Shown here: positions 18,932-28,382 of the stretch, piece after piece
Layout: each line of letters starts with the position of its first letter
Position numbering within the stretch: position 1 is the stretch's first letter
Source of the DNA: Polyangiaceae bacterium
GTDB taxonomy: Bacteria; Myxococcota_A; Polyangia; Polyangiales; Polyangiaceae
Length of the DNA stretch: 64,000 nucleotides
Direction: 5' to 3'
NCBI GenBank assembly: GCA_965222375.1
Contig: CBDCTZ010000016.1
Location: 1,728,001 to 1,792,000, forward strand
Translations under genes and position numbers: made by a program
The notes under the pieces: model-generated
Seen by the model: the letters and a program-made list of their open reading frames with translations, nothing else
Told to the model about the DNA's origin: nothing
The model's database searches: none

Positions 18932-20245
18932 GTGCGCTGGTTTTCCCTTAGCATCCGCTTTCTCCACATCGTCCTGGTGTCCCTTTGGGTCAGCGGTTCG
19001 TGGCTGGTGCGACGCGTGTTCGCATTCGGAGCGACGTTGGAAGAAAAGCACGCGCTGTTCGGTGCCCACCTCGCGCGGCTGCTGTCCCATCTGGGCGCCA
19101 CCTTCATCAAGTTTGGACAGATCTTGAGCACCCGCCCCGACCTCCTGCCCCCCAAAGTGATTGAGGAGTTGAGCCGTCTGCAGGACGACGTGCCGCCCCT
19201 GCCCTTAGCGCAGATCGGCCAAGTGATGACGGAAGAATTGGGCGACGACTGGAGCGAGAAGATCCACGAATTCTCCGAGCGCCCCGTCGCGGCTGCCTCC
19301 GTCGCTCAGGTACACCGCGCGAAGCTACCGGATGGGCGGGTGGTCGCGGTCAAGGTGCAGCGCCCGGAAGCGAGGCTGCAGATCGAACGAGATCTCGTGA
19401 TCTTGGCATTCTGGGCCCGGGTCCTCGATCACATCCCGAGCGTGCACATGTTGAGCTTGCCTGGTGCCGTAGAGCGTTTCGGCCATGCCCTGACAGGCCA
19501 GTTGGATTTCTCTCAGGAGGCGCGTAACAACCGGCGCTTCGCGACCACCTTCGCGGACGTCCAGGGCGTCGATGTTCCGGGGCTGATCGAAGGGCTGTGC
19601 ACGCCCCGAGTATTGGTGATGGACTTCGTCGAAGGCGTGAAAGCCACCGAGCCCGAAAAGGTCGGTGGGGATCGCGCCAAGCTCGCACGTATCGGCGGCG
19701 AAGCCGTTTTGAAGATGATCTTCAACGACGGTTTCGTGCACGCGGATCTGCACCCCGGGAACATCATTTTGACCCAGGACGACCGCGTGGTGCTGATCGA
19801 TCTGGGCATGGTGACCGAGATCCCCGCCGAGCTCCTGCGCCCCTGGGTCGAGACCTTCGTGGCTCTATCCCAGCGCGACGGCGACGCTGCCGCCCGGCTT
19901 TTCTTCACCTACGCACCGACCGTGGGCAACACGGACTATGCGGCGTTTTCGGCGGATGTGAACAAGCACTTGGACGGCTTGTACGGCAAGAGCCTCGGGG
20001 AGGTGGAGATTAGCACCGCCGTCAGTGGGATGATGAACGTGCTGCGCAAGCACCGGGTGCAGATCGACCCCGCCTTCACGGTCGTGAACATCGCGCTGTT
20101 GGTGGCGGAAGGACTCGGCAAGCAGCTGGACCCAGGCATCGATCTGGTCCCGCTGGCGCAGCCATATCTGGCGAATGCGATGTTGACAGCACCGCCAGGC
20201 CGGGCGCCGTATCGGGAGGTACCGGCAGCCCAGGCGGCGGCTTGA
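18932..20245 (+). CDS. AarF/ABC1/UbiB-family kinase
   Basis: FIKFGQILSTRPD, AASVAQVH, VAVKVQRP, HADLHPGN and IDLGM motifs. Confidence 0.92.
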   Translation: MRWFSLSIRFLHIVLVSLWVSGSWLVRRVFAFGATLEEKHALFGAHLARLLSHLGATFIKFGQILSTRPDLLPPKVIEELSRLQDDVPPLPLAQIGQVMTEELGDDWSEKIHEFSERPVAAASVAQVHRAKLPDGRVVAVKVQRPEARLQIERDLVILAFWARVLDHIPSVHMLSLPGAVERFGHALTGQLDFSQEARNNRRFATTFADVQGVDVPGLIEGLCTPRVLVMDFVEGVKATEPEKVGGDRAKLARIGGEAVLKMIFNDGFVHADLHPGNIILTQDDRVVLIDLGMVTEIPAELLRPWVETFVALSQRDGDAAARLFFTYAPTVGNTDYAAFSADVNKHLDGLYGKSLGEVEISTAVSGMMNVLRKHRVQIDPAFTVVNIALLVAEGLGKQLDPGIDLVPLAQPYLANAMLTAPPGRAPYREVPAAQAAA

Positions 20246-20377
20246 GGTGTCAACGGTACTGCCGGCCGGGCGCCGTATCGGGAGGTACCGGCAGCCCAGG
20301 CGGCGGCTTGAGGTGTCAACGGCACCGCCGGCCGGGCGCCGTATCGGGAGGTACCGGCAGCCCGGGCGGCGGCTTGA
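20190..20377 (+). repeat. 66-bp tandem repeat x3 containing the kinase gene's last codons and stop
   Basis: ggccgggcgccgtatcgggaggtaccggcagccc(a/g)ggcggcggcttga at 20198, 20264 and 20330. Confidence 0.9.
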
Positions 20378-20390
20378 TGATCTGTTTCGG

Positions 20391-20786
20391 CTAGCTGCGA
20401 GAGCGAGCGTCCGGGATGCGAACGTCGTCGGAGGTCCCAGCTTTGCCGTCGGGACCGGCGGAGCGAACGCTGACTTGTTCCGCGCACTGGATCCGGAATC
20501 GATTGCCCCAGGGGTCTTCGGTTGACGCCTCTCGGGATAGGAACCGCTCATGCTGCAACTGGGAGAGCGTTGGGCACCCGTCGCCGCCTTCTACGTCTTC
20601 CGCCTTCTTCCATTCCTCTGCCGCGTTCAGAACGCGCTGGGCATCTGTGACAGCATTGTCGGCATTGGTTCGGGCCTTGGAGGAGGAGACCAACCAGGCG
20701 CTACCGCCGGCAAGCAATGCGATTGCCGCGATCCCCACGCCTAACTCGACAGTCGTCACTCCTCTTTGTCGTTGTCGTGAACTCAT
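20391..20786 (-). CDS. GspG-like pseudopilin
   Basis: RGVTTVELGVGIAAIAL prepilin-type N-terminus; DPWGNRF...RSAGPDGK..TSDD. Confidence 0.8.
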   Translation of the reverse strand: MSSRQRQRGVTTVELGVGIAAIALLAGGSAWLVSSSKARTNADNAVTDAQRVLNAAEEWKKAEDVEGGDGCPTLSQLQHERFLSREASTEDPWGNRFRIQCAEQVSVRSAGPDGKAGTSDDVRIPDARSRS

Positions 20787-21056
20787 CTCACCCAATAAGA
20801 GAGCAATCCGCATGCCACCTTGGATTCTCCGGCAATTCCCGTTTTCGCCTGATCTCCAGCTCGACAAAGCGTCAACCTGTCGGCACTCCGTGGTCTCCAA
20901 ACCACGCCCAGTGACAACTTGTCATCCAGGCACCGGCAACTGGGCGTGAGTGGGGTCGAGCCCGGAAGGCGGCGCACGCCAGTGGTGAAAAGCGCGTTTC
21001 GCCACCGCTGGAAGGCACCTCGCACCTCGCGTTGGCTTGTTTGGTTTTTGGGGTCG

Positions 21057-22075
21057 GTGCGCCAGGCAAAGCCTGGATGAGGAGGAGGTTAACTAGAGGA
21101 AAGTAGAAAGAAACCTCATGCTGGGACCTCGCGGGTGCCAAGTTCCGCCCGGCCAAGGTGGACCACCAGCCGGAAGCGAGCCTTGCGTGGCGGTACGAGC
21201 GCGAAAGCGGGAAGGAAAGCTGCGAAGCGTAGACAGCCAGCGTGTGGGCCGTGTGATTGAGCCCCGGAAGAAAATGCCTGTGGGTGCCGACGCCGTCGAC
21301 CCAGAGCGGAAGGCAACATCGCTGCAGAAGAGAGTAGGGCAGCCAGCCCGAATGGTCCGATGGAATGCAGCGGACCCACCGGGGTCGATGAGCAAGGCAC
21401 GCGCGCCAAGGTCCCCCAGGAACCTGGGAAATCCCGTCGTCTCCTTTCGCAAGGAAGGTACTGCCGATCGAAGGAATACGAAGTGACGCAGGACGGGCGG
21501 CGAGAAGGCCGAGCGCTCCGTAGTAGCCGTCGAAGCAGGGGAAGTGTCCAAGCGACCCTGTGGAGGGAAGGGAGTGCCGCAAGGTGGCGGACGCCCAGGC
21601 AGTTTCGACCTACTCGGCTTCACGCACTTCTGGGCGAAATCCCGGAAGGGCAACTGGGTGGTGAAGCAGAAGACCGCCAAGGACCGTTTGAGCCGTGCGC
21701 TAGTGCGCATCAACAAGTGGTGCCAACGCTGCCGACACGACCCAATTCAAGAGCAGTGCGAGATGCTGAGGAAGAAGTTGAAAGGTCACTTCGACTATTA
21801 CGGGATAACGGAAACTCGATTGCGATTGGACACTTCCGACATTGGGTCATCCGTCTGTGGCGCAAATGGCTCGATCGCCGCTCTTGGCGATCGCGCATGA
21901 ACTGGCCGAAGATGAAGTGCTTGCTGAAGCGATACCCGCTCCAGCAAGCACGGATCCGACGACCAATGCGCAGACTAAACGTAGCGAATCCGTAGTGTGA
22001 GGAGCCGGATGCGGTAGTCCCGCACGTCCGGATCTGTGGGAGGCCCGGGTGGGAAACTGCCCGGGCCCACCCGAG
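21057..22075 (+). mobile_element. Group II intron (bacterial class E-like) with an internally deleted IEP
   Basis: 5' GTGCG at 21057; CGAAGCGTAGACAG...GATTGAGCCCCG and GGAACCTGGGA D1 motifs; D5 GAGCCGGATGCGGTAGTCCCGCACGTCCGGATC from 22002; D6 hairpin ending CCACCCG; 3' end approximate. Confidence 0.9.
21579..21995 (+). pseudogene. Remnant of the intron RT/maturase (RT7 + thumb/X only), frameshifted
   Basis: [16 protein letters not shown]...GHFDYYGIT, then a frame change to [24 protein letters not shown]...YPL; no YADD or upstream RT motifs. Confidence 0.85.
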
Positions 22076-22156
22076 TGGCTCTGCCGCGGACGTGGGGCAC
22101 TAATCTCGCGCTGGCCCCCAAGGTTCGGTCCGGCCTACGCCACGCGTCGGCCTCTG

Positions 22157-22900
22157 CTAACAGGTGCCGCAGCCGTAGCTGGTGACTTCGGCGACGCAGC
22201 TGCTGTCCCAGTCGAAGTTGCAGCAATAGGGGTCGCCGACGCAAACGCAGTTGGAAATCGTGGGGTTCGAGCAGCCGGGCGTGGAGTGCACCACGCAACA
22301 ATCCCCGCCGGTTCCGCCTCCGGAGCCTCCGCCGCCACCGCAGACCGATAGGTAGTCGGGGCAGCAATCGCCCGCGGCCTGGCAGAAGCTGTCGCAGTAG
22401 CAAAGGGCGAAGGGATCGCTCGAACCGCAGAAGCCCACGCAACTACCGGTCGAACCACCGAAGCCGCCGGTTGCGCCGAAGCCGCCGGTTGCGCCAAAGC
22501 CGCCGGTTGCGCCGAGGCCGCCGGTCGCACCGAAACCGCCGGTTGCGCCGAAGCCGCCGGTTGCGCCGAAGCCTCCGGTTGCGCCGAAGCCTCCGGTTGC
22601 GCCGAAGCCTCCGCTGCCCCCCGCGCCCGGGCTGCCGCCAGTGGGCCCGAACCCGCCGCTGCTGGTGCTCGCGTCGTTCCCCGGAGCAGCGTCGGGATTG
22701 CCCTTGGGCGCGTCCGCGCCTGCGTCACCGAACGCGCCGAAGCCGCCGGATGCACCCACGCCACTCGTCGCGCCGGTGCCGGTCGCGCCGCTGCCCGTCG
22801 CGCCGGTGCCTGTGGTGCCGCCGCTGCCCAAGAGCCCGTCATCGGATTGCGCGCAGGCAACGATTGCCAAGGGCAGACTGAGAAGGGCAAGCCGGCGCAT
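22157..22900 (-). CDS. Lipoprotein with a (GGFGAT)n linker, a somatomedin-B-like module and a Cys-rich C-terminal domain
   Basis: AIVAC lipobox; SCVGFCG...CYCDSFCQAAGDCCPDYLSVC. Confidence 0.75.
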   Translation of the reverse strand: MRRLALLSLPLAIVACAQSDDGLLGSGGTTGTGATGSGATGTGATSGVGASGGFGAFGDAGADAPKGNPDAAPGNDASTSSGGFGPTGGSPGAGGSGGFGATGGFGATGGFGATGGFGATGGFGATGGLGATGGFGATGGFGATGGFGGSTGSCVGFCGSSDPFALCYCDSFCQAAGDCCPDYLSVCGGGGGSGGGTGGDCCVVHSTPGCSNPTISNCVCVGDPYCCNFDWDSSCVAEVTSYGCGTC

Positions 22901-22914
22901 CGCTAACCGTTAGT

Positions 22915-23799
22915 CTAGCAGGCGGGTGCGCATCCGTTAGGCACATCACCGCCGTTAGGGCTTTGCCCCGGAGAGGACGCACGAGCTTTGTGGCCCGGGT
23001 AGCCAAACCGAGCGACGAAATCCCGGTGGGGCTCCAGCAGGGGTGACGCGGAGCCAAACAGGCCCTTGGCCCGGTAGCCCGTGGCGAGACTGATCACGCG
23101 TGCGGTGTGGCCCTCGGTTTCGAAGCGCACCCGCCATTCCTTGTACGCCAGCAGAAACCCGCTGCGCTCGGCACGAATGCGACGGTAAGGGTGCGGCGCC
23201 GCGCCGAGTTCGAGCTTTTCGCGCAAGGGCTTTTCCAAATGGATGCCATGGCGCCGCGCCAAGAAATCGAGCTGTTCGCGGGCTCGGGCCTCGAATACGA
23301 CCTGCAGGCTGGGGCCCTCGTCCGCGGGTGCGCCGAGCCATCCTGGGCCCCCCAAAAACAGCGCGTCGGTATAGGGAACGAAGGGCTTGAGATCCAACAC
23401 CGGCGTTCCATCGAGCAGGTCTACGCCGCGGACGTGGAGGTCCAAGCCGTCCACGCGCAATAGCTCCAACGCGCTGAACCCCAAGGGGTTTGGACGATGG
23501 GGCGAGCGCGTCGCGAAAACACCGCGCCGCTTATCCCCGCGAGGTGGCCGCACCTTTGCGCGCCAGCCGGGGCTCTTGTGGAACCAAAACAGCACCCAGA
23601 GCCCCTGACCAGCGACGAGATCTTCCAAGGCAAACTCGAACCCGCGACCCGCAAACAGTTCGATCACGCCTTCGACCTTGCTAGCCGCCGCGGGTTGCCT
23701 CGGCGCTTGCACAGCTTCCACAAACGGCGTGCGCGCGATCCCAATGGGATGGAGTCGAAGCTCGTCCGAAAGCTTGCTTGTTTCCAACTCGCGCACCAT
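22915..23799 (-). CDS. trmO: tRNA t6A37 N6-methyltransferase TrmO/TsaA
   Basis: PRQP, FWFH, VRPPR, GVFATRSPHRPNPLG and GVDLLDGTPVLDLKP motifs. Confidence 0.9.
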   Translation of the reverse strand: MVRELETSKLSDELRLHPIGIARTPFVEAVQAPRQPAAASKVEGVIELFAGRGFEFALEDLVAGQGLWVLFWFHKSPGWRAKVRPPRGDKRRGVFATRSPHRPNPLGFSALELLRVDGLDLHVRGVDLLDGTPVLDLKPFVPYTDALFLGGPGWLGAPADEGPSLQVVFEARAREQLDFLARRHGIHLEKPLREKLELGAAPHPYRRIRAERSGFLLAYKEWRVRFETEGHTARVISLATGYRAKGLFGSASPLLEPHRDFVARFGYPGHKARASSPGQSPNGGDVPNGCAPAC

Positions 23800-23910
23800 G
23801 ACGGCGGACTTAGCGTGGCAACCGCAGCCTGTCGAGGACGACACCGATTCTGCGAGGAATTGGGTTGAGTCTTCTCGGTTCGCGCTCCCGCCCCGCGCGA
23901 GCGGCGCGCT

Positions 23911-24294
23911 TTGGCCACAGTTGCTGCGTTGGTTCGCTTCGCTCCGCTCGCGGCCTATGGCGACGATGTTACGTATGGGGCCGAGCCCTTCGAGATCTAC
24001 AGTCCGTCCAGCGTAACCTGCGCGGCTGACCCTGATGACAGGCGACTGACGGTCACGGCTGGGATCTGCTCTGGCCAGCCTACGTCCTGCTCGTTCAGCG
24101 CCAATGGACAGGCTCTCGAATTCGATATCGCGAGCTACGAGTGCAAAGACGACTCCAAGGATATGTCTACGGGCTGTGCCTTGGGCGACGGTTCCACGAG
24201 AGGCTCTGCTCGTGCTCCCCCGAGGTCTTCGGGATTGTTCGCCGCGGCGCTGACGTGCGCGTCACTTCTCCGCGACTCACGCGGCCGAGTATGA
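23911..24294 (+). CDS. Small hypothetical protein or remnant with a MYXO-CTERM-like tail
   Basis: Cys-containing region then TGCALG...GLFAAALTCASLLRDSRGRV; start uncertain. Confidence 0.3.
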   Translation: MATVAALVRFAPLAAYGDDVTYGAEPFEIYSPSSVTCAADPDDRRLTVTAGICSGQPTSCSFSANGQALEFDIASYECKDDSKDMSTGCALGDGSTRGSARAPPRSSGLFAAALTCASLLRDSRGRV

Positions 24295-24411
24295 GCGGAA
24301 TACCGACTTTCCTGCTCGGTCAACGACGCTGAGGGAGTGGATTTTTCCAGGAAACCGTGTCCACAGTGACCGACGGCGGCGATGACTTCCGCAATCAGTC
24401 ACGATCTGGCC

Positions 24412-25656
24412 ATGAGCAAGCTAGCCGCGCTGGGCGTCCTGCTTGCCGCAGTCGCATGCACGCCGTCACCGACGGCGCCGCAGAATCCGCCATCTCAAAG
24501 CACCCCACCCGAGCCAACGCGCACGGCGTCCTCGCCGGCGCCCGCGCCATGCACGTCGGCACCCGCGCCACCCGGTGCCGCTCCCAACGGGCTTCAGGCC
24601 AAGTGGGGGACGCTCGACGCTAGCGCTTGGCAAGCCTCTTTGGACGGTTACGCATCGCCAGTTCCCATCGACCGGTTGCAGTTGCTAAACGCGGTACGCC
24701 GTCCATTCGCATCGTATGTCAACACTGTCCACACCGCTGTGCACCCGGTGTTTCGCGATTCGTTCATCGAGTATTTGGAGGGACTGCCTGCCACGCACCG
24801 GTTGAATGACCAGACCCTAGCTGTAACGTTGGAACTCGTGCTGGAGCCAACCACCGGCGGCGTGACGCGCATGGGGGTGATCGAGTCTTCCGGGCAAACC
24901 GATTTCGATGTGGGTGCTTTGGAATCAGTGAAGCGCGCCGCGCCCTTTGGTGCTGCTCCCCCGTCGATCGCGTCGGTCGACGGTCAGATCTACCTGCGGT
25001 GGAAGTTCCATCGCGATCCTATCCACGCATGCTCTGCCTACTTTGCCCGCCCGTTCTTGTTGTCCGCGAAACCCGCGGTTGCTCAATGCCAGGCCGGCAG
25101 CGAGAATGCTCTGGCTCTCAGCCTGGTCCTCGACAGCTCCGGCTCGATGAGCGGTGCTCCGATGGCGGGGGCACGAGACGCGGCCAAGGCAGCGATTCGT
25201 GCCGTAGCCCCTCGGGATTTCGTGAGTGTGATCGCCTTCGATGTTCGGCCGCGCAGACTCGCGCCGATCGCACGTCGTGGAAACGGAAAGGTCGCTCTAA
25301 ACTCGGTAGACGGAATTGGGCCAGGCGGCGGAACGGAAGGCCGACCCGCCCTCGAAATGGCGATGACCGAACTCGGCTCCTCCGCCGCCAAGCGCCGCCA
25401 CGTGATTTTCCTGACCGACGGCCGGATGCCAACCCGAGACTTCAAGCCGTTACTAGCCCGAATTCGCAGCTGCGGGATTACGGTGAGTACCGTCGCCCTG
25501 GGCCAAGGCGCCGACGCCACGTTCCTAAAATCCGTCGCCAGCCAGGGTGCCGGGCGCTTTTCGTTCGTCTCAGACCCCCGCAAGTTGACAGCACTATTCG
25601 CCGCCGAGGTGCGCTGGGCCAAGGCCGGTCATGGCAAAGGCACGAAAGCCCCTTGA
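24412..25656 (+). CDS. Lipoprotein with a TonB-C-terminal-like domain fused to a VWA domain
   Basis: AAVAC lipobox; SSGQTDFDVGALESVKRAAPFG; MIDAS DSSGSM...GGT...LTDG. Confidence 0.8.
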   Translation: MSKLAALGVLLAAVACTPSPTAPQNPPSQSTPPEPTRTASSPAPAPCTSAPAPPGAAPNGLQAKWGTLDASAWQASLDGYASPVPIDRLQLLNAVRRPFASYVNTVHTAVHPVFRDSFIEYLEGLPATHRLNDQTLAVTLELVLEPTTGGVTRMGVIESSGQTDFDVGALESVKRAAPFGAAPPSIASVDGQIYLRWKFHRDPIHACSAYFARPFLLSAKPAVAQCQAGSENALALSLVLDSSGSMSGAPMAGARDAAKAAIRAVAPRDFVSVIAFDVRPRRLAPIARRGNGKVALNSVDGIGPGGGTEGRPALEMAMTELGSSAAKRRHVIFLTDGRMPTRDFKPLLARIRSCGITVSTVALGQGADATFLKSVASQGAGRFSFVSDPRKLTALFAAEVRWAKAGHGKGTKAP

Positions 25657-25800
25657 GCGCGCCAGCGCGAGGGTCTTGGCAGCGCTCGCCTATGTGTCGT
25701 CGCGACTTGGGGGTAGGCGCGGCGCCGCCCCGGGCGATTGCGGTCGCATCTCGTGTTCGTATTGCGCCGGCGGCAGCGAGTCTGCTCTGCTACCGCTCGA

Positions 25801-26121
25801 ATGACCTCGCGGGTTGATCCGGTCAGTGTGACCCGGGCCCGGTGGGCGGGCAGCCTGACCTGGGTGGTCCTGGCGTTGACCTTCATTGGTCTGCTTGGAG
25901 GCTTGCACCCGAGTGATCGGAGCCGCAACATCGTCGTGGTGGTGGCCGCGGTGATGGTGCTGGGGCTGAACGTGCCAACCGTTTCGGTGCTCGTTGCGCG
26001 GACGCGCGCGAAACACCCGTGGCGCGTGGTCGTGCTTGAAGGCTTGGGCCTGTGCTTCCGCCTAGTCGCAGCCGTCATGGTGCTCGACTTTGTCGTCGGA
26101 ATCAGCCACGAAGGTCGGTAG
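25801..26121 (+). CDS. Small membrane protein
   Basis: Three hydrophobic segments. Confidence 0.5.
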   Translation: MTSRVDPVSVTRARWAGSLTWVVLALTFIGLLGGLHPSDRSRNIVVVVAAVMVLGLNVPTVSVLVARTRAKHPWRVVVLEGLGLCFRLVAAVMVLDFVVGISHEGR

Positions 26122-26138
26122 GCGCGCAGGAACTCGCT

Positions 26139-26192
26139 CCGCGCGAGGTGCCGATGACGCACTCGGCGGCACATTCAACCAACCAACAAACC
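26139..26192 (+). repeat. Intergenic hairpin repeat, copy 1
   Basis: ccgcgcgaggtgccgatgacg...cggcacattcaaccaacc; near-identical copy at 28260. Confidence 0.75.
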
Positions 26193-26257
26193 GAACGCCG
26201 ATAGCACCATTCCGTTGGCGAAGGCTGCGACTTTCCGCCGCTGACGCTTTCGGCTAG

Positions 26258-28249
26258 ATGTGGGCCGTGTCGGAGGCGGAGCAACCCAAGGGCGAAGAAG
26301 CGCCGCACGTACCTGCGGACGCGTTGATGGCCGAGTTGACGGTCAAGGCCGTGATTCTCGGTGCCGTGCTATCGGTCGTGCTCGCCGGGGCCAATGCTTA
26401 CTTGGGGTTGTTCGCCGGGCTCACGGTTTCCGCATCGATTCCCGCGGCAGTGATTTCGATGGCGCTGCTCAAGCCGCTTAAGGGCACGATCCTCGAAAAC
26501 AACATCGTGCAAACCTCGACTTCCGCTGGTGAGAGTGTGGCGGCGGGGGTCATCTTCACGATCCCCGCCTTGCTCATTCTCGGTGTGTGGGGCGATTTCA
26601 ACTATTGGGAGACCACCATGATCGCCGGCTTTGGCGGCGTGCTGGGGGTGCTGTTCACGATCCCGTTGCGGCGCGCGCTGATCGTGGAGGGCAGGCTGAA
26701 GTTCCCCGAGGGCGTTGCTACCGCCGAGGTGCTCAAGGTCGGCGAACGCGGGGGCGCGGGCATGCGCTACATCATCGCCTCGGGCGTGATCGGCGCGCTG
26801 TTCAAGCTCGGCGAAACCGGCTTTCAGCTGTGGCACGGCGTGGTCGAAAAAGCGCGCTACGTGGGTGGCAGCCTGGTCGCAGGCAAGCAAACCGGCGGGA
26901 CCATCGCCTACTTCGGTTCCAATCTGTCGCCGGCGCTGGTCGCGGTGGGCTACATCGTCGGGCTCAACATTGCCGTGCTGGTGTTCATCGGTGGCGCGCT
27001 CAACTGGCTCATCGCCATCCCCATCGTCGTCAGCATCGAAGGCGTTCCGGATGGTGCGAAGGATGCCGTGGATGCTGCGGGCAGTATCTGGTCAACCAAG
27101 ACGCGCTACTTGGGCGTCGGGGCCATGGTCGTCGGTGGCCTGTGGGCGCTGATCGAGCTGCGCACGGATCTGATCAGCGGCATCCGTTCGGGGATCGCGG
27201 CTTACCGGCGGATGCGCCACGGTGGCGGGACTGGAATTCGCACCGAGCGTGACATTCCGATGCAATGGGTCGGCGGCGCCGTTGTGCTCAGCGTGGTTCC
27301 GCTATTTTTCATCTTCCACCACATCACCGGCGTGCTGTGGGTCAGCGCGGTGATGGCGGTGGTGATGCTGATCGCCGGCTTTCTGTTCGCTGCGGTTGCG
27401 GGCTACATGGCGGGGCTAGTCGGTTCGTCCAACAACCCGATTTCGGGCGTGACCATTGCCACCATTTTGACCTCGGCGCTGCTGTTGCTCGCGATGCTTG
27501 GTCGCGAGAGCCGCATCGGCCCCGCTGCCGCGATTCTGATCGGCTCGGTGGTGTGCTGCGCGGCCGCCATCGCCGGTGACAACATGCAAGATCTCAAGGC
27601 TGGACGCATCATCGGCGCGACGCCTTTCAAGCAGCAGGTGATGCAAGGCGTTGGCGTCCTTGCGGCGGCTTTCGCCATCGCACCTGTGCTGACCCTGCTG
27701 GCCAAGGCGTACGGCATCGGTGTCGCGACCCCGGAGCACCCCAATCCACTGCGCGCTCCCCAGGCAACGCTGATGGCGTCGGTCGCAGAGGGAGTGTTCG
27801 AAGGCGGCCTGCCGTGGTTGATGGTGGGGATCGGCATGGGGCTCGCTGTCGTGGTCATCGCTCTGGACGGATGGCTCAAGCGGCGCGAGTCGAGCTTTCG
27901 CACGCCGGTCCTGGCCGTGGCGGTGGGGGTCTACCTGCCCTTCGAGCTGTCGGTTCCGATCCTGGTTGGCGGATTGATCGACTGGGCGGCCGGCAAGGTT
28001 GGTGCGAAGGCGAAGGCAAGCACCGAGGCCCGGGAGGCTGCGGGGCGTCATGGGCTGCTATTCAGCGCGGGCCTCATCACCGGCGAGGCCTTGGTCGGGA
28101 TCTTGTTGGCAGTGCCGATCGTGATCAGCGGCAAGTCCGATGCGCTGGCGCTGTGGGGCAGCTACGACCACAGCTGGCCCGGGGCGTTGTTGCTGTTGGC
28201 AATCGTCCTGGCGCTGCTTCGAGTCGCTCGCCCCCGACTAGCTCGGTGA
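26258..28249 (+). CDS. OPT-family oligopeptide transporter
   Basis: ANAYLGLFAGLTVSASIPAAVIS, ENNIVQT, LKFPEG, GSSNNPISG, DNMQDLKAG and APQATLMA motifs. Confidence 0.93.
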   Translation: MWAVSEAEQPKGEEAPHVPADALMAELTVKAVILGAVLSVVLAGANAYLGLFAGLTVSASIPAAVISMALLKPLKGTILENNIVQTSTSAGESVAAGVIFTIPALLILGVWGDFNYWETTMIAGFGGVLGVLFTIPLRRALIVEGRLKFPEGVATAEVLKVGERGGAGMRYIIASGVIGALFKLGETGFQLWHGVVEKARYVGGSLVAGKQTGGTIAYFGSNLSPALVAVGYIVGLNIAVLVFIGGALNWLIAIPIVVSIEGVPDGAKDAVDAAGSIWSTKTRYLGVGAMVVGGLWALIELRTDLISGIRSGIAAYRRMRHGGGTGIRTERDIPMQWVGGAVVLSVVPLFFIFHHITGVLWVSAVMAVVMLIAGFLFAAVAGYMAGLVGSSNNPISGVTIATILTSALLLLAMLGRESRIGPAAAILIGSVVCCAAAIAGDNMQDLKAGRIIGATPFKQQVMQGVGVLAAAFAIAPVLTLLAKAYGIGVATPEHPNPLRAPQATLMASVAEGVFEGGLPWLMVGIGMGLAVVVIALDGWLKRRESSFRTPVLAVAVGVYLPFELSVPILVGGLIDWAAGKVGAKAKASTEAREAAGRHGLLFSAGLITGEALVGILLAVPIVISGKSDALALWGSYDHSWPGALLLLAIVLALLRVARPRLAR

Positions 28250-28259
28250 GCGCCCTGCC

Positions 28260-28314
28260 CCGCGCGAGGTGCCGATGACGGATCTGGCCGGCACATTCAA
28301 CCAACCCCAAAACC
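28260..28314 (+). repeat. Intergenic hairpin repeat, copy 2
   Basis: ccgcgcgaggtgccgatgacg...ccggcacattcaaccaacc. Confidence 0.75.
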
Positions 28315-28382
28315 TGCGGGTTAGCCCCACGTGACAGTTGCAGCGCGTTGAGTACCGCAGGCATCATCGCACTACCCGGCAA

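Noticed and set aside
26121..28330. Integron cassette (attC) interpretation of the repeats flanking OPT
   Set aside because: No RYYYAAC/GTTRRRY paired cores and no integrase.
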